A stretch of DNA of 63,279 nucleotides, filler included, from Patellaria atrata CBS 101060 (GCA_010093705.1; 13 parts of 8 records of this genome joined end to end with filler, not necessarily neighbours in it), one strand, 5' to 3'; counted from the whole stretch's first letter, positions 1 to 12,774 are shown. A program made the numbers and translations. The notes: a model not told the origin generated them from the sequence alone.

Positions 1-119
1 ATACTAGTAGATCGCGCGACTATAACTTCTTCTTTCCTTAACTTAATCTCTTTACACTGTAGTTAGGTTATACTAGTTGCAATCCAATTCGATTCTCTAC
101 AACCGCTACGCCGTCACAA
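1..119 (+). mobile_element. 3' part of a Gypsy-type LTR (truncated by window start)
   Basis: Ends in ...GTCACA and contains TTCCTTAACTTAATCTC, also seen in the family B LTR at 54275-54291. Confidence 0.5.
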
Positions 120-284
120 CTATAAAGAATAAGAATATTTAAGAATAGTTTTTCCCTTATATATTTAGATTTTTTATAGTTATTTTTACTATTAATCTTA
201 TTTATAGATTTAAATATTATAGTTTTAAACTTAACTTTATTTATTATATTATTTCTATATAGTATATCTTATCTTATTATAAGC

Positions 285-460
285 GTCACCGAAAGTTAAG
301 AAGTTAATAAGTTATATTATTAACTTAAAATATCTTTATTATATATATTCTATCACTTTACTAAACCTATTCTAATAATTAACTATATTAAGTGAGAAGC
401 TAGGCGTGTTTCTAGACTTATTCTATTCTATCTTAATAAATATAGACTTTTATTATAATA
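285..460 (+). mobile_element. Heavily RIP-mutated LTR 3' part (family A LTR)
   Basis: Colinear with 48550-48727 and 41657-41825 (AAGTGAGAAGCTAGGCGTGTTTCTAGACTTA); differences are almost all C>T or G>A. Confidence 0.75.
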
Positions 461-2190
461 CTTTATTTAAAATTTCTTATTTTTTAATTTTAATTTTTAG
501 CTTAACTTATATTACTTTATTTAAATCGATTTAACCTTAACTATTTTTCTTTATACTCGATAATTAGTTAATTAATACTTTAATTTATTATAATTAAAGT
601 AATTTCTTATAAATTTTTAAACTATTATAATACTTTAATCTATTAATTATTATAGAAAAGTAATTATACTTAAAACTTTATTTAATTATTAAATTATAGT
701 TTTACTTATTATTATAATATTTAAAGTTATTTTATTAATTTTATATTTTTATTACTTTTTTTATTATTTTTTTAACTTTTATTTTTTATTTTATTTTTTA
801 TAAATTATTTTTAATTTTTAAAATTAAAGATAATAAATATTTATTTTTAATTATAATATTATTTAATTATTTATAATTAATATATAATTTTAATTTATTA
901 TTTTTTTTAATATAAATAAAATTAATAAATTTTTTTTAAATTATATATATTCTTTTTTTAAATTAATATAAATATATTTTTTAAATATTTTATATTATTT
1001 TTATAATAATAAATTAATAAAATTAAATTATAATTTTATATTTTTTTAATATTATTATATTATTTTATATTTAATAATTTAAAAATATAATTTTTATATT
1101 TTTTTTTAAATAAATTTTTAATTTTATTATATTTTTTAAATTTTTTTTATTTTATTTTAATAAATTTTATATTCTTTTATTTAATATTTATTTTAAAATA
1201 AATATATATATATAAAATTTTAATTTTTAAATTTTATTATAATTTTTTATTATTTATAATATAAATAATGATTTTTTTTATATTATATTTATTAAAAAAT
1301 TAAATTATTTTTTATTTTTAATAGAAAATTTAATTATTATTTTTTAATAATTATATTTATATTAAATTTAAATTTAATTAATTTTTAATTTTAAAACTTT
1401 TATTTAAATTATTATTATTATTTTTTTAATTTAATTTATAAAATTTAATTTATTATATATTTTAATATTATATATATATATATAATTTAATATATTTAAT
1501 ATTATAAATTATTTAAATATTTTTTTTAATTAATTTTTTATTATTAAAAATAATATTAATAATTAATTTATTTATTTTTAATATAATATTAATATATATA
1601 TATTAATTATATTATAATAATAATTATATTTTTTATAAATAATTTTTTTTAAAATATTTTATTTTTTTATATTATAAATATATTTTATTTATAAAATATT
1701 TCTTTTTTTTTAAATAAATTTTTATTATTTTTTAATTTTTTTTTATTTTTTAAATTAAAATTAATTAAAATTTATTAAATTTTTTTAATTTTATTTATTT
1801 ATAATTTTTATTATTTTCTTTTTATATTTAATTATAAAATTTTTTTATTTTATTTTTTTTTATTTATATTTATATAATTTATTATTTATTATAATTATTT
1901 TAATTATTATATTTTATATAATTATTTTAATTATTATATTTTATATAATTATTTTAATTATTATATTTTATATAATTATTTTTATAATTAATAATATAAT
2001 TTATTAGTTTTTTAATTTTAAATAATATTTTTAATAAAATAAAATATATTATATAAAAATAATATAATATATAAAATTAAAATTAAAATTATAATATTTA
2101 AATTTATAAATAAAATTAATTATAAAAATAATTATAAAAAATTTAAATATATATAAAAAAAAAATTTTAAAATTTTTTTAAAATTTTTAT
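461..2190 (-). mobile_element. Hyper-RIPped relic of a Gypsy family B gag region (almost pure A/T)
   Basis: 461-730 aligns by eye to the reverse complement of 61037-61306 when C>T/G>A is allowed; extension beyond about 730 is extrapolated. Confidence 0.65.
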
Positions 2191-2277
2191 TATTTTTATT
2201 ATTTTTATTATTTTTATTATTTTTATTATTTTTATTATTTTTATTATTTTTATTATTTTTATTATTTTTATTATTTT
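2185..2277. repeat. (TTTTTATTA)n minisatellite at contig end
   Basis: About ten near-perfect 9-bp units. Confidence 0.85.
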
Positions 2278-2377
2278 NNNNNNNNNNNNNNNNNNNNNNN
2301 NNNNNNNNNNNNNNNNNNNNNTTAATTAATTAANNNNNNNNNNNNNNNNNNNNNNNNNNNNNNNNNNNNNNNNNNNN
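2278..2377. other. Artificial contig linker N-TTAATTAATTAA-N; further copies at 23599, 29795, 35142, 36861, 42787, 46596, 48376, 51401, 56951, 58320 and 59734
   Basis: Identical six-frame-stop 12-mer centred in about 100 N, present 12 times. Confidence 0.97.
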
Positions 2378-3463
2378 CCTCTCCTCCCCCTCCCCACTAG
2401 TATCCCCCCACCCCTCACTCCTCCACCCCGGCCCTCCCTCCCACCATTCCCCCGGCACCCGCTCAACAACACTCCCCACGCCACGGCCCAGGTCCTCATC
2501 ATTCGCCCACTCCGCCCCCCACCCGTCCGCGACCCGCGCCCACGGCATTGGCCCCTCGAGCCTGAAGGCGTAGTTCAGCACATTCGCGAAGGGGCGGAGC
2601 GGGTTAAATCGATCCCGCAGCGCGAGGAGGGAAGTCAGATAGGTGAACACCTCGGGCGAGGGACGGAACAGAAACAAACTGGGTGAGAAACGCTTCGCCT
2701 TCGGGTTCCCGGGGTCCGGGTCCGGACCATCGTGGTCGCGGGATAGGAGTTCCGGTTTACTGGCCAGGAGGTACGTGGGGGGCAGGGGTGCTTCGTCGTC
2801 TTTTACCCCGCGCGAGGGGGAGGGCAGGGAGGTGTGGGATACGCCTGCTGGGTCCCAGAAGAGGGGGGTCAGGGGACGCAGGAGGAGGGTCGAGGGGGAT
2901 AGGTATAGGATTTTGTCGTAGGGTGGGAGGTTGAAGAGGTGCAGTCTGCTGAGGTCGTCTTTGAGCCAGGGGTTGCCGTCGCCGTGGGTGGGGATCCAGG
3001 GGGCGGAGAGGGGCGGGATGGGGAGGACGGTGGCGCCATCGACGCGGAGACGCTTGATGTGGCGTCGGGGGACGGAGGGTGTAGTTAGGATTAGGAGGGG
3101 GATTTTGGTAGTGTTGGCGCCGACGAGGGGGGAATGTAGGAGTTGGTAGATTAGGAGACGTGTGGCGAGGTATTGCGGGTCTCGGTCTTGGAGGGCTTTG
3201 TCGGTTGCGGAGACGTAGTAGGTTGCTGCGCCCGGGGAGGAGAGTTTACGCTCGGTTGGACCGGTAAGGAAGGTTGCGAAGGCGAGAGAGAGGCCCTCGG
3301 CTGGGAGGGATGGGTGTTGGAATTTTGTGGTTTCTGTGCTGCTTCCGGTTGTGGGGATGAGGGAGGAGAGTGAGGGTGAGGAGGGGTGGAGGAGGAGGGT
3401 TAGGAGGGCGGAGAAGATGAAGAGGGTGGTGAGGAAGATTATCGTCCGGAGGGACGGAGCCAT
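2378..3463 (-). CDS. Glycosyltransferase family 8-like (glycogenin/Gnt1-like) type II membrane protein, 3' end cut by gap
   Basis: N-terminal TM anchor; motifs YLATRLLIYQLLH, LSRLHLFNLPPYDKILYL and LNYAFRLEGPMPW typical of fungal GT8; the DxD position reads SPS. Confidence 0.75.
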
Positions 3464-3723
3464 TGTGGTTTGTGGTTATGGTTTGGAGTTTCGAGTTGGA
3501 GATGGTGAGAAGGACAAGAAGTTGTGATATATTGCTTCGTGTCGCGTGGTGGAATGGGTTTCATGCAAGGGCAACGTCAGGGATGCGCAGATATCTCGAT
3601 TACGATATCAGATCCTGAATTAGAGAAAACTGAGCATATATCTTTCTGATAAGGCCTTACAATTTAGCAGATAGTTTACTGTAGGTGCGTGAAACTAAGG
3701 TAATCGATCTAGTGGTACGACTC

Positions 3724-5890
3724 TTACTTCTTCAGTGTCGGCTTGGCTCTAATATAAACCTCACTTATAGGGTCTATATTAGAGCGCTCCCATCTTACCC
3801 ATTCGCCTATACCGAACTCTGGTGGTGCTCGTCTCACGCCTCTCCCACCGCCTCCACAGATTAGGTTCCCTGGCCTATACGTGGGATCTGCCTCCATCCG
3901 TCTCAGAACGGAGTTGTGGACGATGACTTCGTCAGGAATATCCCGGACCTCACCCTTCGGTAATGGCCAAGTGATACTCTTCCATGAACCATCTTCCTGT
4001 AAGTCCATCCTACGGAAGGGTAAATACTCCATGATATTCCAAGAAATAACGGACAAACGTGGAAGACCATTGTTGAATTGGAGTACATCATGGATTTTCC
4101 CTCGAGTCGCAGCTGCATGAAGGATTCGATTGAATTCAGACGTCACATCATGATGTAGAGAACTGGGATTAGGATGTTGTATTAAACGTGGTGCTCCACT
4201 TTCCGGGTCAGGAGAAGCGGGGTCAATTTCTATCTGGGGGATTGGTGCTCCAGGAGGTCCCTCGGAAGTCATCTCAAAATCCAGACAGCAGTTCAACCTT
4301 TGAAGTTTGGTCTCATCGAAGCGAAGGCCAGCGCGCTGAGCTTCTTGCACCATCCATACGAGAGGTACATGGCTCAATGCGGCGTCTTCTCCATCATGTA
4401 AAGGCAAACCACCGCCTATGTCCTAATGCGAATTAGTAGATGAACCACATATTTTCCACTGGGAACGATGGAGTTTGTAGTTGCTGTACACTCCCTACCA
4501 GTAAAATTAATTACCATTGTACAATCTGCCGAAACCGGGTAGTGGGCCGATATTGACCATGTTTGTACAGCCAGTGTAAGTAAAGCGAGGAGCGCTAATT
4601 TCGAATAAAAGAATATTATATGTTTGGGTACTTACAGCGTGACATCCTGGAAACCATACTTCTAATATATCCTGCTCTCGCTCCTCACCCGAGTCCGAAT
4701 CCTCGTAATGCTTAATCTCCAGAACGGATGTCTGGGATATGGAGGTCAAATGCGATTCATGCCCACTCTGAAAGCTCGCCCTACGGTAATTAGGGCTTAA
4801 TGACCGCACACCTGATACCTCCGATGGATCTCGAAATTTTTCAAGCAAGGTGGGTCTCAAGTCATTTCTAGCCGGCTTTTTATAGCGATGATCCTCAGTA
4901 ACAGGCCCTCCACGAGGAATATCATCGTCCCCTTGTCCGGCCGTAATAGCGGAGGACGTCGCATGCCAATACGATCGTCGACGATGGTGTTTTTTCTTAC
5001 ATCTGACCTCAGAAATCAGATCCTGACGAAACTTGGCACGACGTTCATCGATAGCAACGGCATGTCGAATGACCTTAGCTGAGCTACGAGCTGTGTAGGG
5101 AAACCTACTTCGCTGCATCCAGGCATTTTCGAAACGTGGGACGCTATTTACGGTATCAAACAGTCCAAGAAATCTGATCCGGCGTACAGGTCTGCTGAAT
5201 GTTTCTCGAAAAGCACACATGAATTCTAGCAACTGTCTCTTCTCTTTCTTATCCTCCTCTGTTTTATCTTCTCGAATCTGCCAAGTCTGGAAAGTTTTCC
5301 AAGCGAATCGCGCCATCTCTTCATTACCAGGGGAAAGAAGGCCAACATGGTCTAGCATTTCAGCGAGGAACCGCGCTGTATACGCTCCACGTGAAAACCC
5401 AAAGAAAAAGATATCATCACCGGGTGTATAATATCTCATCAGGAACTTTGCTCGTTAGCCAAAACTAAAAGTATGGAGAGACTGATATATAATACCAACA
5501 ATATCAACCTACCTTATACCCTCCCATGACATGTTCAGCGAATGACGAGCCAACAGCAGAGTCTTTTGCTTTAGCATACCATGACTTGATTTTGGACACC
5601 GTTGAGGTATGTGTGAAAGATGTTGTGGTCACATAGGTTCCGATTCCAGGTTGGTAATAGTGGAATTGAGAACCATCTGCTCGATCCATCATCCGGTAGA
5701 TCTTCAAAATGTTTGAATCGGTGTCTGTTCCCGTAAAACGATTTCCGGTTCCATCGAAACAAAGAATGAATTTCTTCCGCTCTCTCTTTCCTACTCTTTT
5801 TGCCGGGTCATAATGTTCGTTGTTAGCTCCATTGGAAGGCGCATGTCGATTCGATGTAGTAGGTAGCTTCTCAGACTGGTTATTCGCCAT
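3724..5890 (-). CDS. DUF2235 (Tle1-like alpha/beta hydrolase) protein; exons 5890-5513, 5445-4636, 4422-3724
   Basis: Motifs LCFDGT, YQPGIGT, GFSRGAYTAR, GLFDTV, HAVAIDERR and WFPGCHA|DIGGG; GT-AG introns with CTAAC/CTAAT branch sites join the three ORFs in frame. Confidence 0.9.
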
Positions 5891-7858
5891 TACTGTTCAA
5901 TTTGAACTTAGGTATGAAACCTTACGCTCTGCATACGGTGGGATTATCGAGCAGTGGAATCCACGGAAAAGGGGACAAGGTTAGAGTATATTTTGTACAA
6001 GTAGATGACAGACGACGTTCGAATGAGCAACACATGTGGAAGCTACTACCCACTTCATCATTTTTAAGCGGGGCTCGATTGATGATAGTCATTATAGAGA
6101 TCGGAAATCAAGACAACAGAGATGACCGTAAAGAACGTCTCTATGATTGGTTTCAGAGCTGTGGTGGTTTCTGTTCTAATTGATGGGCGCCAACTCCTCG
6201 CATGGAGGGGAGTAAAGTAGAGTAGATAGGCACCTGTGGAGGTCAGACATCCGATCTACTGCATATTGAGTGTACTAGTTCGGAGAAGATCAGCAATACC
6301 TGCATATTTGCGTCTGTTCAACGCTAGTCGTAGATTTCAGCTGAAAGCATGCGGAATACTTCGGAGTTAGATTGACTTGGGGCTTGATCCGTCGAATCCA
6401 TGGCGAGAATCGCTGTCAAAGACCATCATGTTAAGTTCGTATAGAGGAGCCTAAGCTAGTACCGGATCGTGCTGGTAGACGGGTTCTGTAGCTAGAAGGA
6501 CAAGTGACTAGCTGGAAATGTCAAGACATAGCTAGAACTTTAATGCATGTTGCAGAAACAAGCTATGCAACTGATTCTTAAGTTCCGAGATTTGCGTAGA
6601 TTCCATCCCTTCAGTGACATTATTGGTTCGGATTGCTTTTCAGATTCATTTAACGCAGAGCCTTGTTTAGAGGGTCCTCGAACGAATCGGTGCCGTCCTC
6701 TGTCTGTCTCAAAGTATGCTTTCAAACGCATCGTCCACTGCTGCTCTTCTTCGTTGCTTTGCATAATGACATCCTTTTGGTGGTTGTTTTGGCGTCAAGT
6801 ATGTTGTACGGTACTTCTGAACTTATGGGTGTGCAAGGGTGGTTCAAACGACCCCTGCCTTTTTGAGGCCGCTTTTGGTACGCTACCCACACCACCGAAG
6901 CCTTAACCCAACCTCTCCCCGTCGTCTTTCGAGCATGACAGAATAGTCCCTTTCACATGTGAATAGAAATTATTTCCTACATCCGCCAGGTAAGACGCAT
7001 TGATATCATTTTGGTTCCGAACAAAGCTGTTCTTCTCTCAATCTTCAATATGAAGTGATATCTTTGTCACCCATTGGGAGATGAAGTTAGTTGAAATGAA
7101 ACGCAACAATTGATCAAAGTAGTAATGCAAGTCAGTTCTATCGGCGACTGCGCTCGTGTACTACCACACTGGATTGTGTTCAAGACCGCATATTTGGGCG
7201 TTGGAGCTGCGGTTGTGGGTAGCACTGCAGTGATAGAGGAGGGCGTCCTTGCAGAATACCATCCTGTGCGCTCCGTACATTGGTGTCGGTTCAAACATCT
7301 ACCCTTAAGGATACTCTCATGTCATCTGTATGGAGCGTTTAAATGCGAATCCGAGTCAGATTTTTACAGTATCCCGTTCAATAAGGATATCCGTACAAGT
7401 GCAATAAACGTATGATAAGAATATGAAATCAACAAAATTAGTTCGTAAGAATGGGGACTGGATATCAGGATTGCATCTTCAACATATTTCAACACAAAGA
7501 ATGCAATAAGTCTTCCAAGATTGGATAAGGGAAACGACACTTACTCTGAAGCTGAATTGAGAGAGATAATAGAGTGATGGAAAACATGCATCGCAAATTC
7601 CGAGATAAAGTATTGTTTGGAACAAATGAGAGGATACTCTGATCACTTAGAGAATTTTAGAAGAAAAAGATAAAGATTAAGATCAAGTGCCCGTAAAGGA
7701 CTATTCATATTCTGGGAACTGGGCCGCAACAACAGAATCCTAGCGGTAGAACCTATATTATGAGCTTTTCGTAGTTTACACTCATTGATATAAATGCTGG
7801 TTCCTCATCTATCCCACTCTATGCCCTGACGCCCACAGTCCGCCACAACTCTTTCCCT

Positions 7859-8687
7859 CTAGTCTAGCTTCAACGGTTTATATATCTCCTCAATCCCGTC
7901 TTTCGTGATGATGAACATTTGTAACCCATCACCAACCTCAATATGCCTCTCCACCGCACTCGAAAACGCATCCTGCACCAACTCCTCTACATCCTTCCTA
8001 GGTAATAGTTCCCGTTCCCTCGCCTGCAATGCATGTCCCTCGCCACTTCCTAGCACATACTGATTTTTGTAATTGACCTGATTATCCAAAAACGGCATGA
8101 TCAGACTGGCCGCCGCGCCTGCTGCCCTACACTGCTCGCGCTCATAGCTGCCCACCGGGTCGTAACTGTATAGTGCGCCTTTGCCCTCCTCATCCAATCC
8201 ACCTAAGATCGCGGTTACATAGTAGGGGAAGAATCGTTTTTGATAGAGGATGTGCGAGAGTCGTTGTGCGCAGGCGGCTACGGACATGGGTTTACCATGC
8301 TGGTAGCGATACATCTTGACGATAGTATCAAGACGCTCTTTTAGGGCCAAGCCGTCGGCGGCAAATCCGACTACGGAGAGCACGATGCGAGAGTCTGCAC
8401 CACCAACTTTGAAGAGTTTGGGCGCGAAGCGGGTGTTGATATTATAGCCGGAGGTGGAGCGGGTGTCACCAGCGAGAATTGCGAAGTCGGCTCCTGTGAT
8501 GCCGAGTGTGCTGCCGCCGTTATCGGTATAGCTATAGATGGATTAACACAAGTACTATGAAGAATTATAGCATATCTTACGGGTAGAAGCCGTGCTGTCT
8601 TGTACCCTCTGGAACGGTTGTGGGTGTTTGTTTGAAGGAGTAACCAGGGCCGCTTTGTGGAGGAGCGGCGGTGAATATGGAGCCCAT
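7859..8687 (-). CDS. PRE7: 20S proteasome subunit beta-6; exons 8687-8581, 8531-7859
   Basis: FYP|YTDNGGSTLGITG, AGDTR, RFFPYY, SYDPVGSYERE, ERHIEVGDGL, C-terminal LKLD; 49-nt GT-AG intron. Confidence 0.95.
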
Positions 8688-8816
8688 TTTGATAGTCTCA
8701 GGTAGTTCGAACCAAATGAGAAGAGTATTGAGGCCCAGAGAATATATTTCTAGAGAGTAGAAGATCAGAAAGGTGGTGTTGACTTGGTTTATGGTTTTGA
8801 GGGTTGGATGTTAATG

Positions 8817-8885
8817 GGAGCTTTGCTGAGACGCGCGAGCTTCAAGCTGCCTGGCCAAGAGCCGCATGACGATCTTTCGAGCTCC
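8817..8885. promoter_or_regulatory. Two GGAGCT/AGCTCC motifs (candidate Rpn4-type proteasome elements) in the PRE7/HCNGP divergent promoter
   Basis: GGAGCT at 8817-8822 and AGCTCC at 8880-8885; the same motif lies upstream of PRE4 at 10151-10156. Confidence 0.45.
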
Positions 8886-8923
8886 GTCGCAACAGCACCA
8901 CTTCCTTGCCAGAACATCTCGGC

Positions 8924-9913
8924 ATGTTGAATCTCACAAATTATGATAGTAGCGATGAGGAGGCATTGGAGCCACCACAGCAAGAGGTAACACGCCCTCA
9001 TTATCTGCATAGAGCTGTTAGGCGGGTATCTACTAATGGAAAAGGCTGTAGACGAAATCGCAAGAAGTAATACAACCCCCAAAGATCAATAGACTAGTCA
9101 ATTGTACGAAATCGAATAATGGGAGTTTTGATGATAAGCTAATGATATGTAGCTACTCTTCCAGCGAGCTCGTCTGCGCAAAAACCACTTTCAACACCCA
9201 CTTCTACAGTGACATCAATTGATGTCCCAGTCCCTGATGCAACTCCATCAGGACCGTCTTTGGGGCCTTCAGCACCTCCTACAACTCAAGAGACTGTCAC
9301 AGAGAATGAATCAGCATCGGCCCAATCCCCATACTCCTCGACTAGGGCTACAATCCGCAACCTTACCATGCCGTCCGTACCTAACTTTGAGATCCCTCCA
9401 TCACCGCCTGGCTCGCCACCACGCGGGTCCACAGCGAAATTTGCGCGCTTTTTAGAACTTAAAAAGCAGGGCGTTCATTTCAACGAGAAACTAGAGAAGT
9501 CAACGGCCTTACGGAATCCTAGTTTGTTACATAAGCTGATGGACTTTGCTGGAATTTCGGAAGAAGACTCTTATGCTTCTACTTTATCACTTGATCTAGC
9601 GATTCCAACGAAGTTTCCAGAGTATGCATATGCGGAGGAGCTGAATAAGAGCCAAGCGCTTATCAGGGAGCGAAGAGAGAAAGAGAAAGCTGTAAGGAGA
9701 GCTCAAGGAGAACAAGTCGAGTTTGTTCCGTCTAGAACATTGGGACATTCAAACCGTACCAGTACGCCTACCAGTGGCAAGGGCTCAAGAGATAGCACGT
9801 CGGAGAGGGTTATGGCGACTTTGAATCAAGGTAAATCTGAACGGGGTTGGGAAGGTGGAAGAAAATCGCGATTTGATGATACTAGAAGGAGAAGATCTAG
9901 ATCGCCTAGATAA
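8924..9913 (+). CDS. SAP30-binding protein / HCNGP-like protein; exons 8924-8986, 9052-9103, 9153-9913
   Basis: N-terminus MLNLTNYDSSDEE; core PPSPPGSPP...KFARFLELKKQGVHFNEKL...RNPSLLHKLMDFAGI; introns with CTAAT branch sites keep the frame. Confidence 0.8.
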
Positions 9914-10329
9914 ATTAGGTATTTAGTCGTGAATTCTACCATCTTTAGACCAACGTGTATGAAATAGGTGCTCTGTAGTTCCCTATTCGAACTCATAACG
10001 GGGCCGGGAGTAGTGTACCAATTTAGCAAACTACGAATCAATCAAGTGAATCGCTCAGCCGATTATTCTACGCATTATTTCACCATCAGCTTTTACCATC
10101 TGAAGTGTTGAACATATTGGTGCCAAGACTAGCGAAGCTGTTAGGCAGAGAGCTCCAACGTAAGAGCTTCAGTTTGTGTCTATAAACAGTTCAACATCAA
10201 CGAACTACCAAATACCCCATCTCCTCTCACTCTGCCTCAAACTAGAGTACCATTTTCTTGAGACATCCTTCTTTACCCTATCTCCCATAGATTCACGTCG
10301 TAACCTTCTATTCGCAAATCACGCGCATA

Positions 10330-11215
10330 ATGAACCACTTACCGCAAGCATGGGGTCGCGTACGTATAAGTCAATTCCTAAGGCTTGAGACTTTGGATTA
10401 ATTATTTATAGCCTCGTGATGATGTCTATGGACCATACAACAACTCATATCTCCAAACATCCGGTCCCAGCCAACATACTCAATCCCCCATCGTCACCGG
10501 AACCTCGGTCCTCGCCATAAAGTTCAAAGATGGCGTCGTAATTGCAGCCGATAATCTCGGTATGTCCAACCCTCACATATCTCCAAACCCCAACTAACAC
10601 CATCTAGCATCATACGGCTCCCTCGCCCGCTTCACCGACGTCAAGCGTCTCCTCCGGTTCAACTCCCGCGCCGTCATAGGCTTCGGAGGCGACGTCTCTG
10701 ACATGCAATACCTAACCCGTCTCCTTTCCTCCCTCGAGATAAACGAAAACTACTCCGTAACCTCCTCCACCGAGCTTGCCGCCAATAACTTACACACCTA
10801 TCTGCACAAAGTGATGTACAAGCGGCGCTCAGACTTCAACCCTCTGTGGAACCAGATTCTGATCGCAGGGTTGGATGTTGCGGACAATCCTTACCTCGCG
10901 AGCGTGGATCTGCTCGGTACTACGTTTTCGAGCCCGACGCTCGCAACAGGGTTTGGGGCTCATCTTGCCGTGCCGATTATGAGACGAGTGTGTCCGGATG
11001 AGGAGGCTGCAAAGGAGTTGACGCAGGAACAGGCGGTGGAAACGGTTAGGGAGTGTATGAAAGTGTTATTCTATAGGGATGCGAGGAGTTTGGACAAGTA
11101 CTCTATTGCTGTCGTCACTAAAGAAGGTGTAGATTTGAAGCATGGGGAGAAACTGGAGAAGCAGAGCTGGGCTTTTGCAGAGGGCATTAGAGGGTATGGT
11201 ACACAGGTCAATTGA
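10330..11215 (+). CDS. PRE4: 20S proteasome subunit beta-7; exons 10330-10359, 10412-10559, 10608-11215
   Basis: [61 protein letters not shown]. Confidence 0.95.
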
Positions 11216-12774
11216 GCGGTTGGGGACGAGATCATAGAAGGTGATGCTCGATAAGAAAGAACTGGATGTTAGGCCGCTATTTGAGTGGCAAATAATACCA
11301 ATCATCTCGATAAGATTCGTAGGTCCTTTGTGATTTTGGAAGATCTATCCCTTGCGGCTGTATTGGATGCGACCGCAAATCGATCGAACGCGTCATGCGT
11401 AGGATACTTTTACTTGGAATCCTCGGGTTATGAACGGGAGTCGTCAATGAATAGGCTTTCATTAATAGAGAGTAGTGACCCTCCAATACTAGATCGTTCC
11501 ATTGTTCCTCCTTTACGTTAGAATCGTCTTCTTTATTGCTTCCTTCTATACGAACAGTGACCGAACAGATACTTCATTTACCTACTTCTTACCACAACCG
11601 CAAAAGAGCGATTCCATGCCCACAGTTGAGCGAGCTGCAATGCTACAGTTAAACCGTCTGTACGACCACATTTTGGGGAGTCGTTTACCCACAGCCAGCC
11701 CGAATCATACGGCTCAGATACGGTCGTAACTCAGTAACCCGCAAGGCTCAGATACGGCCGCAGCTCAGTGTTTCGTACAATCCCAGCTCCAAGATCGATC
11801 GAGCATCACATACAGCGATAACTAGAGCCTTACTGAACCGAACCGAGTCAGTGTGGGTGGCCACCTAAAAGGAGAAATGAAGTAGATGTAGAACTGATAA
11901 GTGTTCTGGTATCCCCCGGCTTCTCTAGTGTGTTGTAAAGTATTGGGAGCTTTGGTTTCCTTCTCCCGTACCTCCTCCACCATTACTTTGTATTATACGT
12001 ACTTCCCAATCCGTCTTTCTATTTTACTAGTTGTTCATATGTCTCTTGGCGGTGGATGGTGATTTTAACGTTGGCGATCTCAACGTTGGTGTACTGGGGT
12101 CACTTAGTCTATGGTATCCGAATGATACCAAGCAGGGCTTTATATCTTTAGCGTATATTGATATTGGTGGATTCTCCACCTTCGCATTGAGTACATTCCT
12201 CAGTTCATCCCTCTTCTTGATCCCCTGTTCCAACCTTGCCTGGCGGTCAGCGGTAGTGAGGACGGTCAGAGGATGGGCCGGGGTTTGCAATCTTCTGGCA
12301 TCTTATGTTATTGCGTGATGCGTGAATGTCTGATCATAACGTACTTCTTGCTCATCTTCTTCCTTGTCGGAGGATGTAATGTCTGTGGGGAGATCGCGGT
12401 TGGAAGCCATCTTCCTATGAGGATTGAGGATTTCGACGGCTGACTGAGTTGGAAGGATGAGAGTTGTGCGGCTAGTTTTATATCTGACTGTCTAAGAAGA
12501 CTCTAAGCAGCTTTTTGATTAAATCCGTCACATTATACAAATAAGTCACACGCGCCACTACAAACGGAACAACAGTGACTTGCAAAGCCTTGCCCCTCGT
12601 TGTTCTTTCCCACAATCTCCACTCCATATTTTTTCGTTGAAGCACATCAACCGAAGGTTTCTCATTGCCTGTTGCTGAATTCATCAAGAAAGGACTTCAG
12701 GTAAGAGTATATCAACCTTCAGTGGGTATACTAGGATTGAGGATTGTGTGATCATAGGCCTTTCACTGAACGCA

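Noticed and set aside
2322..2333. Recurrent palindrome TTAATTAATTAA as a biological repeat or CRISPR-like array
   Set aside because: It is always centred in about 100 N, so it is an assembly spacer with stops in all six frames. ORFs ending in X...LIN are artefacts.
4423..4635. TPP riboswitch in the long intron
   Set aside because: It has a TAGGGA-like stretch but lacks the CTGAGA motif, and the host gene is not thiamine-related.
6540..7415. Short ORFs between the DUF2235 gene and PRE7
   Set aside because: No recognisable domain, and I could not build a consistent exon structure.
11711..11769. Two ~25-bp direct repeats GGCTCAGATACGG.CG.A.CTCAGT
   Set aside because: Only two copies, with no TIR, TSD or other supporting context.
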